A stretch of DNA of 63,329 nucleotides, the filler included, from Aduncisulcus paluster (Eukaryota), in the NCBI GenBank assembly GCA_024181965.1. It is 6 parts of 6 records of this genome, joined end to end, with 100 filler letters (N's around TTAATTAATTAA, not from the genome) between each part and the next. Parts side by side here need not be neighbours in the genome. Positions count along the whole stretch, not along the records: positions 30,099 to 53,830 come from BQXS01011030.1; 5 more parts are not named here. The stretch is one strand, 5' to 3'. Under the pieces are notes generated by a model that was not told where the DNA came from, made no database searches, and saw only the letters and a program-made list of their open reading frames with translations. Both the position numbers and the translations under genes were made by a program. Position 1 is the stretch's first letter. Every line of letters begins with the position of its first letter. Positions 34,364 to 47,300 of the stretch are shown in pieces.

Positions 34364-37300
34364 TCATTCGTGATCTTTCTTCTTTGTAAGGGCGTTCTTA
34401 AGAACTGTTCTGATCTGGGGATTATTTAGACCACTCAAGAGGTTAGATAACAACACAATATCCCTTTCTTTCCCTTCCTGAGACCCGTGAGAAAGTTTCT
34501 CTCCAATTTTAGCACCAATTGAGGATTTCCTTCTCTTCTCGATCAAAGAACTATGAGTATGTCCCTTTGAATCTCCTTTTCCTTTCTTTGTTCCTGTGCT
34601 CTTTGATCTTGACGGATGAGCACTCGAAGAAGTTTTCAATGTTGATGAAGACCTTCTCTTGTTTGTTCCAGAAATAGAACCACGGGTGGAAGCTGAGAAA
34701 GAAGAGGAGGACATTGAGGAACCAAGACTGTGTTTCCTTCCATCTCTTGAAGATGTCCTTGATGACTTGGAATACGACCCAGAAGATCCATGACCTTTGG
34801 ATATTCCTTTCTTCAGAGAAGCAGCAGAACTTCCTCCTTCTCCTATGCTATTTCGAGCAGACATCGCGCGTAAAGAAACCCCAGAACGTCTCATGGCCTC
34901 ATACGTCTTCTTTTCTCTCTTATTACCCATGGTGGGAGATGAACGTTTTTGTTTAGATGAAACAGACCGAGGACCACCAGTGCTGGACATGGACTGGTCA
35001 GAAATAGGACCCTTAGCAACACTAGATTTCCTGTCAGGATGCCCTGAAGAGCTCTGATAGTAAACTCTCTCCTTGGACGGCGAGATGACTTGACCTCCTC
35101 TAATAAATACATCACAAACAGAAGGTTCACGAGAGGAGGATCCGCGACTGACGGAAGTAGTTTCAGCTAAGGTAGTCTGTTTATACAATGAATGGTGACG
35201 GTTACCCACAGGAGTGTTTGTCCTTGACTTGAGCACGGAGGACATGGTCATAACTTCTGGTTCACTCATCCTGTCTCTGCTATATTGAAGAGTAGTAGTA
35301 GAGCTATTATTCACACCTCCATACCGCTGAGATTGGGGTTGACCATAGGCTTGACTATAGGCTTTGGATGAGGAATGTGGATGGCCATGTCCAGGATCAG
35401 TCACAATGAATGAAGAGTCAGCGATATCGGTGGTCCCTGTCCATCTCTGGAGGGGACTGATGGCTCGTGCTGACGACTGAAAGGCAGGGGATGAGAGAGG
35501 AGATGATTGGAGTTCCATCGTGGGGAGTTCTGGATCAGGGATTGAACTGTGCTCGTGATCTTGATACTGAGCATCTCTCTCTTGTTCTTGTTGCTCCTGT
35601 TCTTGTTGCTCCTGTTCTTGAAGGTGCTGTTCTTGAAGGTGCTGCAGGGCTTCATACTCTGCATGCAATGATGTGACATGTCCGGAACTGGCAATGACTG
35701 GCTTATATCCTTCTTCTTTGACCATCCCTTTTGACACTGAAGATCCCTGATCATTCTTAGTGCTGAAAGTCTCAGTGGAAGTTGCAATATCCAGTCTTGG
35801 AGTGGGTGTTCTTGAAGCTGCCGAAGAAGAGGAAGAAGAGGAAGAGGAGGAAGAGGAGGAATATTCTTTGTGTTTGTTCTTATGAAGACTGTTCAAGAAT
35901 TTCATCTGAGAGAACACAAGCATAGGTTGTTCTGTTTCTTTCTTCTTGGAACTATTATATTTCTGGTAATATGAACTCTGGAATATCGATGCAGCTGATG
36001 AGGAAGAAGAGGAAGAAGAGGAAGCTTTGGGGTTTGAACCCAGGTCTTCTTTACCAGAAGAGCCATAACTCTTCACTTGATCAATCTGTTCATCTGTTCC
36101 ATATTGAGTATTGATATCATCAGCAAGTGAATCATTGGATCCTACAATCTTTCCAGACTGTTGTGCACTTTGATCGGGACGAGATGAGGTCATGGGTTCT
36201 TCTTTCTTCCATTCTGGTGCAGGAGTTGCTAAATATCCACTTATCATTGCACTGATCTCTTCTTCTCTCTCTCCTTCATCCAATTTCTTCTTTAATAACT
36301 CAATCTGAGCCAATAATTCTTTCTCACGATCACTACTGGAATCTGAACCTCTTTTCCCTTTCGGTGGTACTAAGGGTACAGCTATATCATGATGCGGATG
36401 TTGTGATGCACAATGTTTATCTTTCTTGCCATCGCCAGAGGAAAAGGAGGAAGAGGAGGAAGATGAGGAAGATGAGGAAATGGTGTGGTCAGGTTTGGGG
36501 ACAGCTCCACTGTGTGTAGTAGGAAATTTTGACTGGAGGGAAGGTGAAGAAGTTGTGATGATCTTTGACGATGATGTATTATGAATTGAAATATGTTGTT
36601 GTTGGTCTGTAGGAGTATTATTAGTATTTACATGATGAGAGGAGGAAGAAGTGATATTGGAAGGAGATAAGGATGAAGTCGAACTTGGAAGTCCTGAGCT
36701 TGGAGGGAGAATGAGAGAGTCTGCTGACACTTTGCTGACAGTTTTTTGAGGAATCGAGGCAGGAATAGGATGGGTCACAAGAGGGGAATGGGGTGCCAAA
36801 CAATTNNNNNNNNNNNNNNNNNNNNATGCACAATGTTTATCTTTCTTGCCATCGCCAGAGGAAAAGGAGGAAGAGGAGGAAGATGAGGAAGATGAGGAAA
36901 TGGTGTGGTCAGGTTTGGGGACAGCTCCACTGTGTGTAGTAGGAAATTTTGACTGGAGGGAAGGTGAAGAAGGTGTGATGATCTTTGACGATGATGTATT
37001 ATGAATTGAAATATGTTGTTGTTGTTGGTCTGTAGGAGTATTATTAGTATTTACATGATGAGAGGAGGAAGAAGTGATATTGGAAGGAGATAAGGATGAA
37101 GTCGAACTTGGAAGTCCTGAGCTTGGAGGGAGAATGAGAGAGTCTGCTGACACTTTGCTGACAGTTTTTTGAGGAATCGAGGCAGGAATAGGATGGGTCA
37201 CAAGAGGGGAATGGGGTGCCAAACCATTGAGTGTATTGTCCCTGATCGAACGTGGACTTATTGGGGGAGTGGTGGCTTCTGCACCTGTCGTTCTCCCATG

Positions 37301-40300
37301 TGTGTATATCCCACCTGTAGCAGCATGGTGTGAGGATGAGGATGAGGATGAGGATGAGGATGCTGTATCGTTGTGAGGACTAATATTGTTTTTGGCACCA
37401 GGATTGGATGTTGTGGACTCCAAGACAGCTGATTTAGCATATTGAGTATCAGGAGTGTATAGAGGAGCATCTAGAGTTGAGGGTGGCAATTCTTTGACAA
37501 CTATTCTTTCAGCTTGGTATGGGGATATTGAAGGACTCACAACTTGTCTATTGATCATACCTCTCAGGCCTCCTATATCTTTTCGTTGTGCACCAAGGGC
37601 TGAAATGGCAGGTTTAATCTTCTCTTCACTTACACTCGACACGCCATGCTTTTTTTGCATTCCATGTAGATTTGAGGCTGAAAACATTGATTGGAATGCC
37701 ATGTGACTATGAATTTGACTTGTCCCACTCGAGGGGTGTGAGTTCTTTGTAAAATGACTGGAAGGGTCAGTAAAGAAGTCAAATAAGGCTTTAGATAGCT
37801 TACTATCGCTGGTATGGGTCCCCATCTCTCTCTTCAAATACTCCTGAGCGTGTGGAATGACATTAATATTCATTGCTCTGGTTCTCTGCTGTTGTTGAAC
37901 TGCTCTATCTTTTGCTTGCTGCTCGTGGTATACTGATGATGTTCCTGTTCCTGATGGTGCTGAAGGCACGGATAGAGGAGGATGAGTTGGAATGGTATGA
38001 ATGGAATGCCTGTGGTTTAATGGAACATCTCTGGCAGATTGAGAACGAGCGCACTGGCTTCTATTTCTGGTTTGTTGAGAAGGTTCTCGAGCAGATTTGC
38101 TTCGAGAGGAATCGAATGATTGAATTATTTTATCCTCGATCACCCGCAGAGAAACCCCATCGTGTCCAGAAGCATCAAGAACACGTCTTAGGACAGAGGA
38201 ATGGCCAGATGGAGAGGAAGAACGACGTCTAATAGTGTTTCTAGCAGTGTATGACGACATTAGATAATGCTGTTGAGATGGGGAATAGTCACTCAGTCTC
38301 CGTTGATATTTACGATACCCAGCACGAGTGGGGGATGATTGAGACCGTCCGAATAAACTCTTCACGCCGCCAACACCTCCAGTAGTAGAGCTCAAGCCAG
38401 TGGAGGAATCATCTCTCATAGGTCTATAACGATGACCAGATATGATATTCATTGTACGTTGAGCATAACTGGACTTAAGCATCGAATTATTGCCGGAATT
38501 GCCCATTCCAGTTGTTCCTTGGATTCCCTTATCAAAAGACTCATCAACAGAAGAGTGTTGGTATTGTCCTTGCTGGTGTTGACCTTGCTGGTGTTGACCT
38601 TGTGCAGCACCAGAAGACCTTGAAGGAGAGGAAGAAGAAGCATAAGGAGGGAATTTATGGGAAGATTTATCAAATAGCTCCCTGGATCCACGCATTAGAG
38701 CATGGGGATCCCCTCCCTTGTTCGGAATAACCTGGGATGCATGGAAACGAGGAATCGAATGCATCAGATTCTTAGCAAACGATTTGCTAAACCCACCACT
38801 GGGTGAAACACTTCCTTGTTGCTGCTGAGCCCGCCTTGAACGAGCGGCAGCAGCCATCTGGATGGAAGGAGAAGGGGATGATGCGGCAATCGAAGCAAGC
38901 GTTATGGGATTGTGACCTGTTGTTCTCTGTGATTGTGACTGGGTTGGATGCGCAGCAGAAACTATAATCTTTTCTTCTTCATCTTGGTCCTGTTGTTCTC
39001 TCCATACATCCTCAAGCATGGCTTTACGACGCATCAGAGAAGCCTCATTCTCCTGTTCAAGCTCGTCTTCTTCAGTTTCAAAGGTTTCAGTATCCTCGTC
39101 TGTATCTGCTTGTTCGTATTTCAAGACATCTACGAGTTGTGCCATTCGTTTCGAGATCATGTTGTTCTGTTCTTCAAGATAAGCCACTCTGGCTCTGATG
39201 GAAGGAGATGAAGAAGGGCCAGCCTGAAACGTACTATGGCTTCCTGCAGTCCCCGATTCTTTCCCTTGACCTCCAATGACAAGGCCACATTCTTCACATT
39301 TGGCATCGTCTGAGAGATCACTCCCACTTGTACTGCGATAACCCCCATCGCCTTCTGCAAGTTCTCCTCTTGCTGCTCTGTGCTGGCATGTTGAATTGGA
39401 TGATGTGTTGTTTCCACGGTTGAGACCTCCATGGGATGGGAGCTGGGAGGAAGAGGAAGGAAAAGAGGAAGTATCCTTGGAATGGGCAAGGGGAGGTTGT
39501 GGATGCGGCATTGGAGTGAACGGGTCAGGGGTTGGACGGNNNNNNNNNNNNNNNNNNNNGGCATGTTGAATTGGATGATGTGTTGTTTCCACGGTTGAGA
39601 CCTCCATGGGATGGGAGCTGGGAGGAAGAGGAAGGAAAAGAGGAAGTATCCTTGGAATGGGCAAGGGGAGGTTGTGGATGCGGCATTGGAGTGAACGGGT
39701 CAGGGGTTGGACGGGCCATACTAACAGATTGTAAGGAAGGAGAAGGCAACGAAGGCCGTGACATGGCTGATTTTGATCCCAGTAACTTACTACTAGGAAT
39801 AGAATGGACAAGGGGATCTCCTGATGTCGTGGGAGAGAAGACAACATCCCGATGATCTGGCTTACTATCGTCATCATTCATATTAGTGTTTTGTCCATCG
39901 GTGACTGCTCCACGGGAATGTTCAAGAGCTTCTCTAGTCATCTTTACAGCCATATCTGTGGAAGAAGAAGATGAGGACCGAGATATGAGGCATTCAGAAC
40001 CATCACCGGGTTGAAGAGCTCCACTGCCACATTTCTCGCCCAAATGATGGTGTTTATGGTCACTAGGTATAGTTGTTCCTCCACCACCTTCTTTCTTCAA
40101 TTCTCTCAGCTCTCGTCTGGCCATATCCAGTTGCATCTTAAGTTCGGTGATCTCGGCAACAGCTCGTTTTAAGGCTTCTTTCCCGTCGTGGACAACCTGT
40201 AACTTGGGAATACACTTCACTTGTCTCACTCTTTCAGCGAATTTCAATGTACTTATGGTCTCACTTGCATGGAGTGAAGAAGGAGAGAGTGTCATGATGA

Positions 40301-41421
40301 ACAAACTCATTCCATCGGCACCAAGACTGTCTTTGAGGAGATACGTCAGCTTACTATCTCTGAAGGGGACATGTTGATGCCCAGATTGGGCCAGAGTATT
40401 TACACAGAGCGACAGAACTGATAAAGATTGATTGATGGCAGTCATTTCTTTAATCTGGGCCATATGAACGCCGGTTATCGTTGAATTGCCCCATTTCTCA
40501 CTTCCAGCAAGATCAATAAGATTCAATTTGCTGACAGTTCGCCTTGGTCCTTTGACACAATCAACCCAAATAGTCAGAACAGCGTGAGATCTGGATGAGT
40601 TCTGGTTCATTCCAGTGGCACGTACGGCCCTATTTCTGATTCCAATGGAAACACATCGCTTCACATCTTCAACATCCGTACACTCAGACTCAGTGGCTCC
40701 TGCAACATAAATTCCTTTGACTTTGTCCCTTCGAAGCTTTAATTTATGCGGGTTGATTGGCGTTTGCGCGAAAGATAGTGTTGATGGCGTGTGATTATAG
40801 TTGGGGGTCTGAGCATATGGATTCTGTTTCTCCTGGAGTAAATCATAAAGATGTTCCTTATAAATCTCACAAAATGAAACTGATATCTTATATTTAGCAT
40901 CAGAACAGCCTGAAATATGGTTAAATATCTTTCTTACACTCCTTTGAGCGATTCCTTCAAAATAAGATTCTGCTCGAGGTGGGCCAAACATAGTATATGT
41001 TTTTCCGCTTCCACTTTGCCCATAAGCAAAGATAGAACACGTATATCCGTCCATCACATGGTCGATATTCCGTTTAACAATATCATCGAACATATCTTCC
41101 TGTTGAGTTTCGGGCCCAAAGACTTTATCAAAAGAATACGTACTATAAGTTTCGCTCCCACCATATTTATGCTTTAAGTTGAGTTGAGTTGATTCAATAC
41201 ACTCGATAACTTGGTTTCCGTCGTGGATTTCTTTTTCATTCATAGGCCTAAAACAAATTTGCGATAAACGAAAATATTTCATGAAATAAATAAAAAAAGT
41301 GAGGTAAGAATTGTGAATATAATAATAGATCAATGGATAGAGAAATTTTTCATTCAATAGGAAAATCGACATACCTGCATCGCACAACGACCTTAATATT
41401 CTCTTCTGTATGTTTTTTCAT
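34364..41421 (-). CDS. N-terminal-motor kinesin with very long Ser/His/Gln-rich tail (~2110 aa after splicing and collapsing two gap duplications)
   Basis: ENIKVVVRCR|PMNEKE, IFAYGQSGSGKTYTM, NQNSSRSHA, LIDLAGSE, HVPFRDSKLTYLLKDSLG, ETISTLKFA. Exon 1 is 41375-41421; the motor ORF continues into ORF 34364..39877. Confidence 0.9.
41248..41374 (-). other. Spliceosomal intron (127 nt, phase 2) in the kinesin gene
   Basis: TGCAG|GTATGT ... tttgttttAG|GCCT; splicing restores the conserved VVVRCRP. Confidence 0.92.
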
Positions 41422-41644
41422 GTATTTATGGTCCAAAAAATTATCACTTTTGATTGAAGGACCGTTAAGAGCGAAATTCTTTGCAAAAAAAAAAAACTTC
41501 AATAGTCGTTGTTTAATGAGCATGTAAAATGCAATAACATTTTGCAAAAATGATATAATTGTATTTTTTTACTTAAAATCTTCTTTTAAATAAAAATGGC
41601 ATTGAGCATAACCCATTTAAAACGAATATCCGTTTTTCTTGGCA

Positions 41645-42361
41645 ATGGATGAACTTCAACCTCATATTTTAAACTCAAAATTCAAAAAACCAATTCCTTA
41701 TGATATATTTGCCGAGATAATATCCAAATTAATTGAATATGTAGCCTTTTCCACAGGAATGTTTTGTGATCAAATTAGTAGATTAAAACAGATTGTTGTA
41801 AACGAATTGTCTTCTCCATTATCCAAAGGTAGTAGTATATTTCGAAGAGCAAAGAAAATAATTGAATCTGAAGAGTTATTCTTGCAGAACTTTTGTCACT
41901 TTTTAACACATTTACCCAGGGTTGAGCAACGCCCTATCAATATAATTATCTTATTTGGAAACACAAAAACTCGACCATCGATATTTTTGCGAATTTCAGC
42001 GATTATTACGTTTGACTGCAAATATAAGTCGAAAGAAGCCCTTATTCAAAAATATCTGATAAAAATGATGCCAATAGCAGTTCAAATTGTCTCAAAAGTT
42101 GTGCATCTTCCAAAAAGTGGGAAAATCTGGCTTGTTTTCGAAGATCATTTATCTGAGTCTTCTGCCGATCCATTAGATATCTCTTCTTCTCAATCAATTA
42201 TTTTAGCAAAGCATATATTCAAATCTTTAAAAATATTTACCCATTTTATTATGAATCAAGACATTGCTCCACGATCGTTTCCAGAAACAGGAACTATCAT
42301 TGCTGTTAAACGTGGGTTCTCAATGCCAAAGATAAAAGTTCGACGAAAATCAGTTAAATAA
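41645..42361 (+). CDS. Hypothetical protein; p31comet/MAD2L1BP-like HORMA candidate
   Basis: ~238 aa; FAEIISKLIEYVAFSTGMF...ISRL and IIILFGNTKTRPSIFLRI resemble p31comet blocks (ELLKHIMYQRQQLP; VLILLGGxxxSPKEFY). The family call is tentative. Confidence 0.5.
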   Translation: MDELQPHILNSKFKKPIPYDIFAEIISKLIEYVAFSTGMFCDQISRLKQIVVNELSSPLSKGSSIFRRAKKIIESEELFLQNFCHFLTHLPRVEQRPINIIILFGNTKTRPSIFLRISAIITFDCKYKSKEALIQKYLIKMMPIAVQIVSKVVHLPKSGKIWLVFEDHLSESSADPLDISSSQSIILAKHIFKSLKIFTHFIMNQDIAPRSFPETGTIIAVKRGFSMPKIKVRRKSVK

Positions 42362-42461
42362 ATAATTATTTTATGATATTATCTTCTGTTTTATGTGATA
42401 TCCTTTGTCACACGCGAAATCGTTCATTTTCTTCGAATCTAAAAATATTATAAATTATATT

Positions 42462-44021
42462 ATGTCAAATAGCTCTGGAGAAACAATAGATAATAGTATT
42501 TTATCTAAATATATTCTTGAGCCACTCTTGTTTCGACCTGTAACTGGATTGTATCCAAAAACTCTCAATCCTAACGTTATTTCTCTATTTGGTTGTCTAA
42601 TTCTATCATTTACATTTTGTGTCTCCTACATTTATGAAATATTTGATCAAGTTAATTTGTATATTAAAATATTCGCAGCTCTCAATGGTTTTAGTCTGTT
42701 TCTCTTTTTTGTTTGTGATAATACTGATGGATCTCATGCGAGAAAAACACAACAAACGTCATTTATGGGGGATTTTCTGGACCATTCTCTCGATATGATT
42801 GCTTATTTCTGTTTGTCTTCTGCTCTGTGTTTTTCTCTTGGTCTCAATGTCATTTCTTCTTTTATTGTATTATTTTCAACCCAAATTACTGCGTTAATTA
42901 ATGGAATTGAAGTTTTTATCTATGGAAAGCTTGTTTTGGGTCTAATTAACGGATGTATCGAAGGTATTTCCACTGTTATTATTGTTTTGGTCTTGGTTTC
43001 TCTCGGTGTCTTCGAAACAGTTCCATTTTCCATTAGAAATTCTATTATATTTCGGTTTAATGACATTCTTGCTATTATTGCCAGTTTTTTATTGATGCTT
43101 CTTCATGGCCCTTCTTGCTTTCGAGCCTGTAAAGTAATTTATGATCATCTCTCCTCTAATACTCCAAAACAAAAGAATGCCAAATGTAAAGATGATGATA
43201 ATGAGGACCAAAAAGGCTCTACAGGGACTGGGGATGAAAAAAATAACGTCCACCATTTTGAAAAGGGCGTGTTTTCCTTGTCAAAATCAATTCAATTATG
43301 TATCTCCAGTCTTGTAAGTATCTTATTGACATTTATTGTGATTATTTCTATTTTGTGGGATATCCGCAACCGTTTTGGAAGGTTTGTTGATTTTTGTCTC
43401 CCTATTGTTCTATGTTGCATCGTATTTGTTGCCAATGTTAGTATTAATCTATCATATATGCGAATTCTCAATGATATTTCCAAGACTCCAAAGTATCGTC
43501 CTTTTGAAGAAGAGGAAGAGGGAGAGGGAAAAGAGGAAGAGGAGGAAGAAGATGAGGAGGAAGAAGAGAGAGAGGAAGAAGAGAGAGAGGAAGAGAAAGA
43601 GGCAAGTTCTCAAGAACAAAAGGATATTCGAGCCATGGGAAAAGAAATGAGACAAAAAGTACCCATTTCAAACCCAAAGAAACTTGCATCCTTCTCTGAT
43701 GATCAAAATGAATTGTTTAATGCAATTAATTGTGCATATTCAATCAAGAACAATATATTTCATTATTTGATTGTAATATGTGGTTCGGTTGAGAACTTTT
43801 TATTCTATTACATGTGCTCACATCAAATTATTGATATTTTTGTATTGCGCGCACCCGTCTTATGTGCGCGTAAAATGATTACTCAAGTTGAATGTGTGGT
43901 TATATTTGTGTCCAGGTGTCTCCCAATTCTTTGTTTTCTCTGTTTATTTTTAGATGTGATTCGAAAAGGATACCGTTTATCAAAATTCGAAGGAAAAAGA
44001 TTCATTTTGAAAAGAAAATAG
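42462..44021 (+). CDS. Choline/ethanolamine phosphotransferase (CDP-alcohol phosphatidyltransferase)
   Basis: NPNVISLFG, CDNTDGSHARKTQQTSFMGDFLDHSLD (DxxDGxxARxxxxxSxxGxxxDxxxD), multiple TM helices, poly-Glu insert. Confidence 0.93.
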   Translation: MSNSSGETIDNSILSKYILEPLLFRPVTGLYPKTLNPNVISLFGCLILSFTFCVSYIYEIFDQVNLYIKIFAALNGFSLFLFFVCDNTDGSHARKTQQTSFMGDFLDHSLDMIAYFCLSSALCFSLGLNVISSFIVLFSTQITALINGIEVFIYGKLVLGLINGCIEGISTVIIVLVLVSLGVFETVPFSIRNSIIFRFNDILAIIASFLLMLLHGPSCFRACKVIYDHLSSNTPKQKNAKCKDDDNEDQKGSTGTGDEKNNVHHFEKGVFSLSKSIQLCISSLVSILLTFIVIISILWDIRNRFGRFVDFCLPIVLCCIVFVANVSINLSYMRILNDISKTPKYRPFEEEEEGEGKEEEEEEDEEEEEREEEEREEEKEASSQEQKDIRAMGKEMRQKVPISNPKKLASFSDDQNELFNAINCAYSIKNNIFHYLIVICGSVENFLFYYMCSHQIIDIFVLRAPVLCARKMITQVECVVIFVSRCLPILCFLCLFLDVIRKGYRLSKFEGKRFILKRK

Positions 44022-44378
44022 AAAAGAAAGAAAGAAAATGAAAAAAGAAACATTAATTGTTTTTTTTTAACAATTTTGTGAACAATTTAACAATAACAAC
44101 GAGTCATTTATGATAATAATAACGAAAGCAAGAATATCCATGAAATTAAAAAACAAGAAAATCCATCATTGAACGAAAAATACTAGGGAAACATAATAAT
44201 TATTATTGATAATTCATAAATGAGATCAGTTATATTGTATGTGGTTATGGTATCTATAAATAAACTAAAACAATGATGCAATGCTGTAAATATAAATGCA
44301 AATTCAAGGAGGTAGATCTAATGATCGTAATAATAATTGTTTTAACCGGGAATGACAATGAATTTGAAATTTTTATCG

Positions 44379-47300
44379 TTATTCTTGACTTTTATCCCAA
44401 TCTTTCTCATGAATAACGTCATCAAGATGATCTTCGAGGGTTCCAATACAATCGCCGTATTTCCGACGTTGTTCACCAATGATGTCTTCAATGCTTGGAC
44501 ACGTCCACCCTTCTCCAATTTCAGGAAGGAAAGCTTTGATAGATTGCACTTTCAAACGTGCTTGATGTACGGTCATCCGATTGTCATATTCCAACTCAGT
44601 GAGACCTGTGAACACTTCACTCAAACATTCAAATACTGGCCTGTACCTTCCTCCTTCAATGGTTTTCAAGGACATAAAGAGCAAATCCCTGGATAAAGGC
44701 AGGATATTCTTGTGTTCAATCAAATCAGCAAGTCTATTGGAATATTCGACAGGGTTTTCGATACCTTTCAAGGTGGGGTGTCGTGGAGGATGTCCAAGAA
44801 AGAGAGTGAGAATAGAAATACCCAAAGAATGGCCATCACTAAGCTGAGAAGTTTGGCCAAATTTCAGAGCTTCATATGAGTTGTAGCACAAAGTGCCACA
44901 GAGGGAATGCTTCGAATGTGAAGAGGAAGAAGAAGATTTCTTCGTTGAACTAACTGCCAGGGAAGAAACACTTGCAAAACTCTTTGAAGAAATGGAAGAG
45001 GAAATGGAATCTTGGATTCGGGCAAGGCCAAGGTCAGCAAGGACAACAGTGCACTTATGTGAACTGGGATCAACACGAACAAGGAAGTTATCAGGTTTAA
45101 TGTCGCGATGGACAAGACTTGGATTTGCAGTGAACACATCATCTAGACACTCGATCATTCCAATACACAGGGAACACAGTTTCACAGGATCCAGAGTCTC
45201 TGGATCAATGTAATCATCAGATGCACTCTCAGATTCTGAAGAACTCGAATATTCAGAGTCATCACTATCTTCCCCATGCTCAGATATCTTACTGTGTACA
45301 CACCATTTCTTGGAAAAATTCTTCACGCTGCCTCCAACACAAAATTCCATCAAAAATCCATATTCACCTCTCATGTCAGCATTAAGAAGGTCAAGGATAT
45401 ACAGAGGACGTGGAATGCGAGTGAAACATTTGGGATCATTAAATAGCCGCCTTTGCACTTTAAATTCCTTTCGACAATCCTCAACAACTTTTTTTTCGGC
45501 ACTTCGAAGCATTCTCTTCAGAATACATGGGAAAGAAATACCAGCAACTTTGACTAGAAGAACCTCTCCGAACCCACCACTACCAATGATGCAAAGAGGG
45601 ACGATCGATGACGGCGATGTGAGGATGAAAGAGTCGCGTTTAGATTTTCGGTCTTTTCTACGCTTCTTTTTAGATTTTGGAACAACAACTTCCATTCTTT
45701 TGGTTTCATTTGCAGAACTTTTAACAACAGAATTATCCTCAATTCTTCCTTTTTCTTCTTTTCTTTCTTCTTCTTTTCTTTCTTCTTCTTCTTTTCTTTC
45801 TTCTTCTTCTTCGCTCATTTTATCCTCAATTTTATCCTCAATTTCGGGCTCAGANNNNNNNNNNNNNNNNNNNNCCAGCAACTTTGACTAGAAGAACCTC
45901 TCCGAACCCACCACTACCAATGATGCAAAGAGGGACGATCGATGACGGCGATGTGAGGATGAAAGAGTCGCGTTTAGATTTTCGGTCTTTTCTACGCTTC
46001 TTTTTAGATTTTGGAACAACAACTTCCATTCTTTTGGTTTCATTTGCAGAACTTTTAACAACAGAATTATCCTCAATTCTTCCTTTTTCTTCTTTTCTTT
46101 CTTCTTCTTTTCTTTCTTCTTCTTCTTTTCTTTCTTCTTCTTCGCTCATTTTATCCTCAATTTTATCCTCAATTTCGGGCTCAGACTTTGTAATTCCTAT
46201 AACATTATTCAACTCCTCGTGATGGGATATCACATCAGCTTGGAGCTTTTCTTGTGACTTTATGGCTAAGGTTTTCCGTTGTTCACCCTCCATCTCACCT
46301 TTCTTATTATCTCTTCTTTGAGGAATCAATGTCTTCCTATCTTTCCTTTCTTCGAGATGCAGATCTATCACATCCTCGTCATCTTCCTCTTGTTCCTGAT
46401 CTTCCTTCTCTTTCACCTCTTCCTTGGGATTTTCTATTGGTGGACTATTAGGAGTTTTTGGAGCTGTCATACCATCAATAATAGTGGAAGTGAAGGAAAG
46501 GGGTGATTCTGAAAGGATATCTTTCCCACTAACAAAGATAAGAGAGTTGATTTGAAATACACAGTCATCATTCGATGGATTGTGATCGACCCATGTCCCT
46601 CTGCCTCGAATTTCACACTGAGAAACATAGTGGAGATCAATGGGAAGGAAATGCCATTCTTTTGAATGTTTTGGTCTTGTGAATTCATATTTTTTACAAC
46701 TTTCCCATGTTTTCTTCCCATCAGAATGAGTGAAAGTAAAGAGAAGAGAAGGTGAACTCCAATTCTTATGAACACAGATATAAGCACCATGAATCGGTAA
46801 AAGGGGAGGTGAAAATGGTATAAAAAGATGTGATAAAATCACATGTCCTTGCAATTTCAACATTCGTTGAGCATTTATACTCTGATCAAAAGCGTCCGAA
46901 TCTACACTTACTGAGGTTTTTTGAGCATGTATTTTGCGAAAAGGAGGCAAAATAATCATTGAATCATCAAGAGAAATCGGAATTGAATCGATATCTCCTT
47001 CCTTAACAAACTCGGCCTGTAAAGTAGGCTAAAATAAATATAAAACCAAAAAAATAAAAATAAAAAATAAAAAAATAAATAAAATAAAAAAAATACGAAT
47101 CACATAAATATTACATTAAATTAAAATATTAAAATAAACGGATATAAATAAATCCTATATAAAAACATACCAATTCAGTCCATAGTTGATCTCCTTGCAT
47201 GAACAAGAGAGAATTGATGCAAAAACACTCCTTCCCCATATATTTTCCAGTGATTTCACACAAAACAATATCAGAAAGATCGACCGATAAGAAAAACCAA

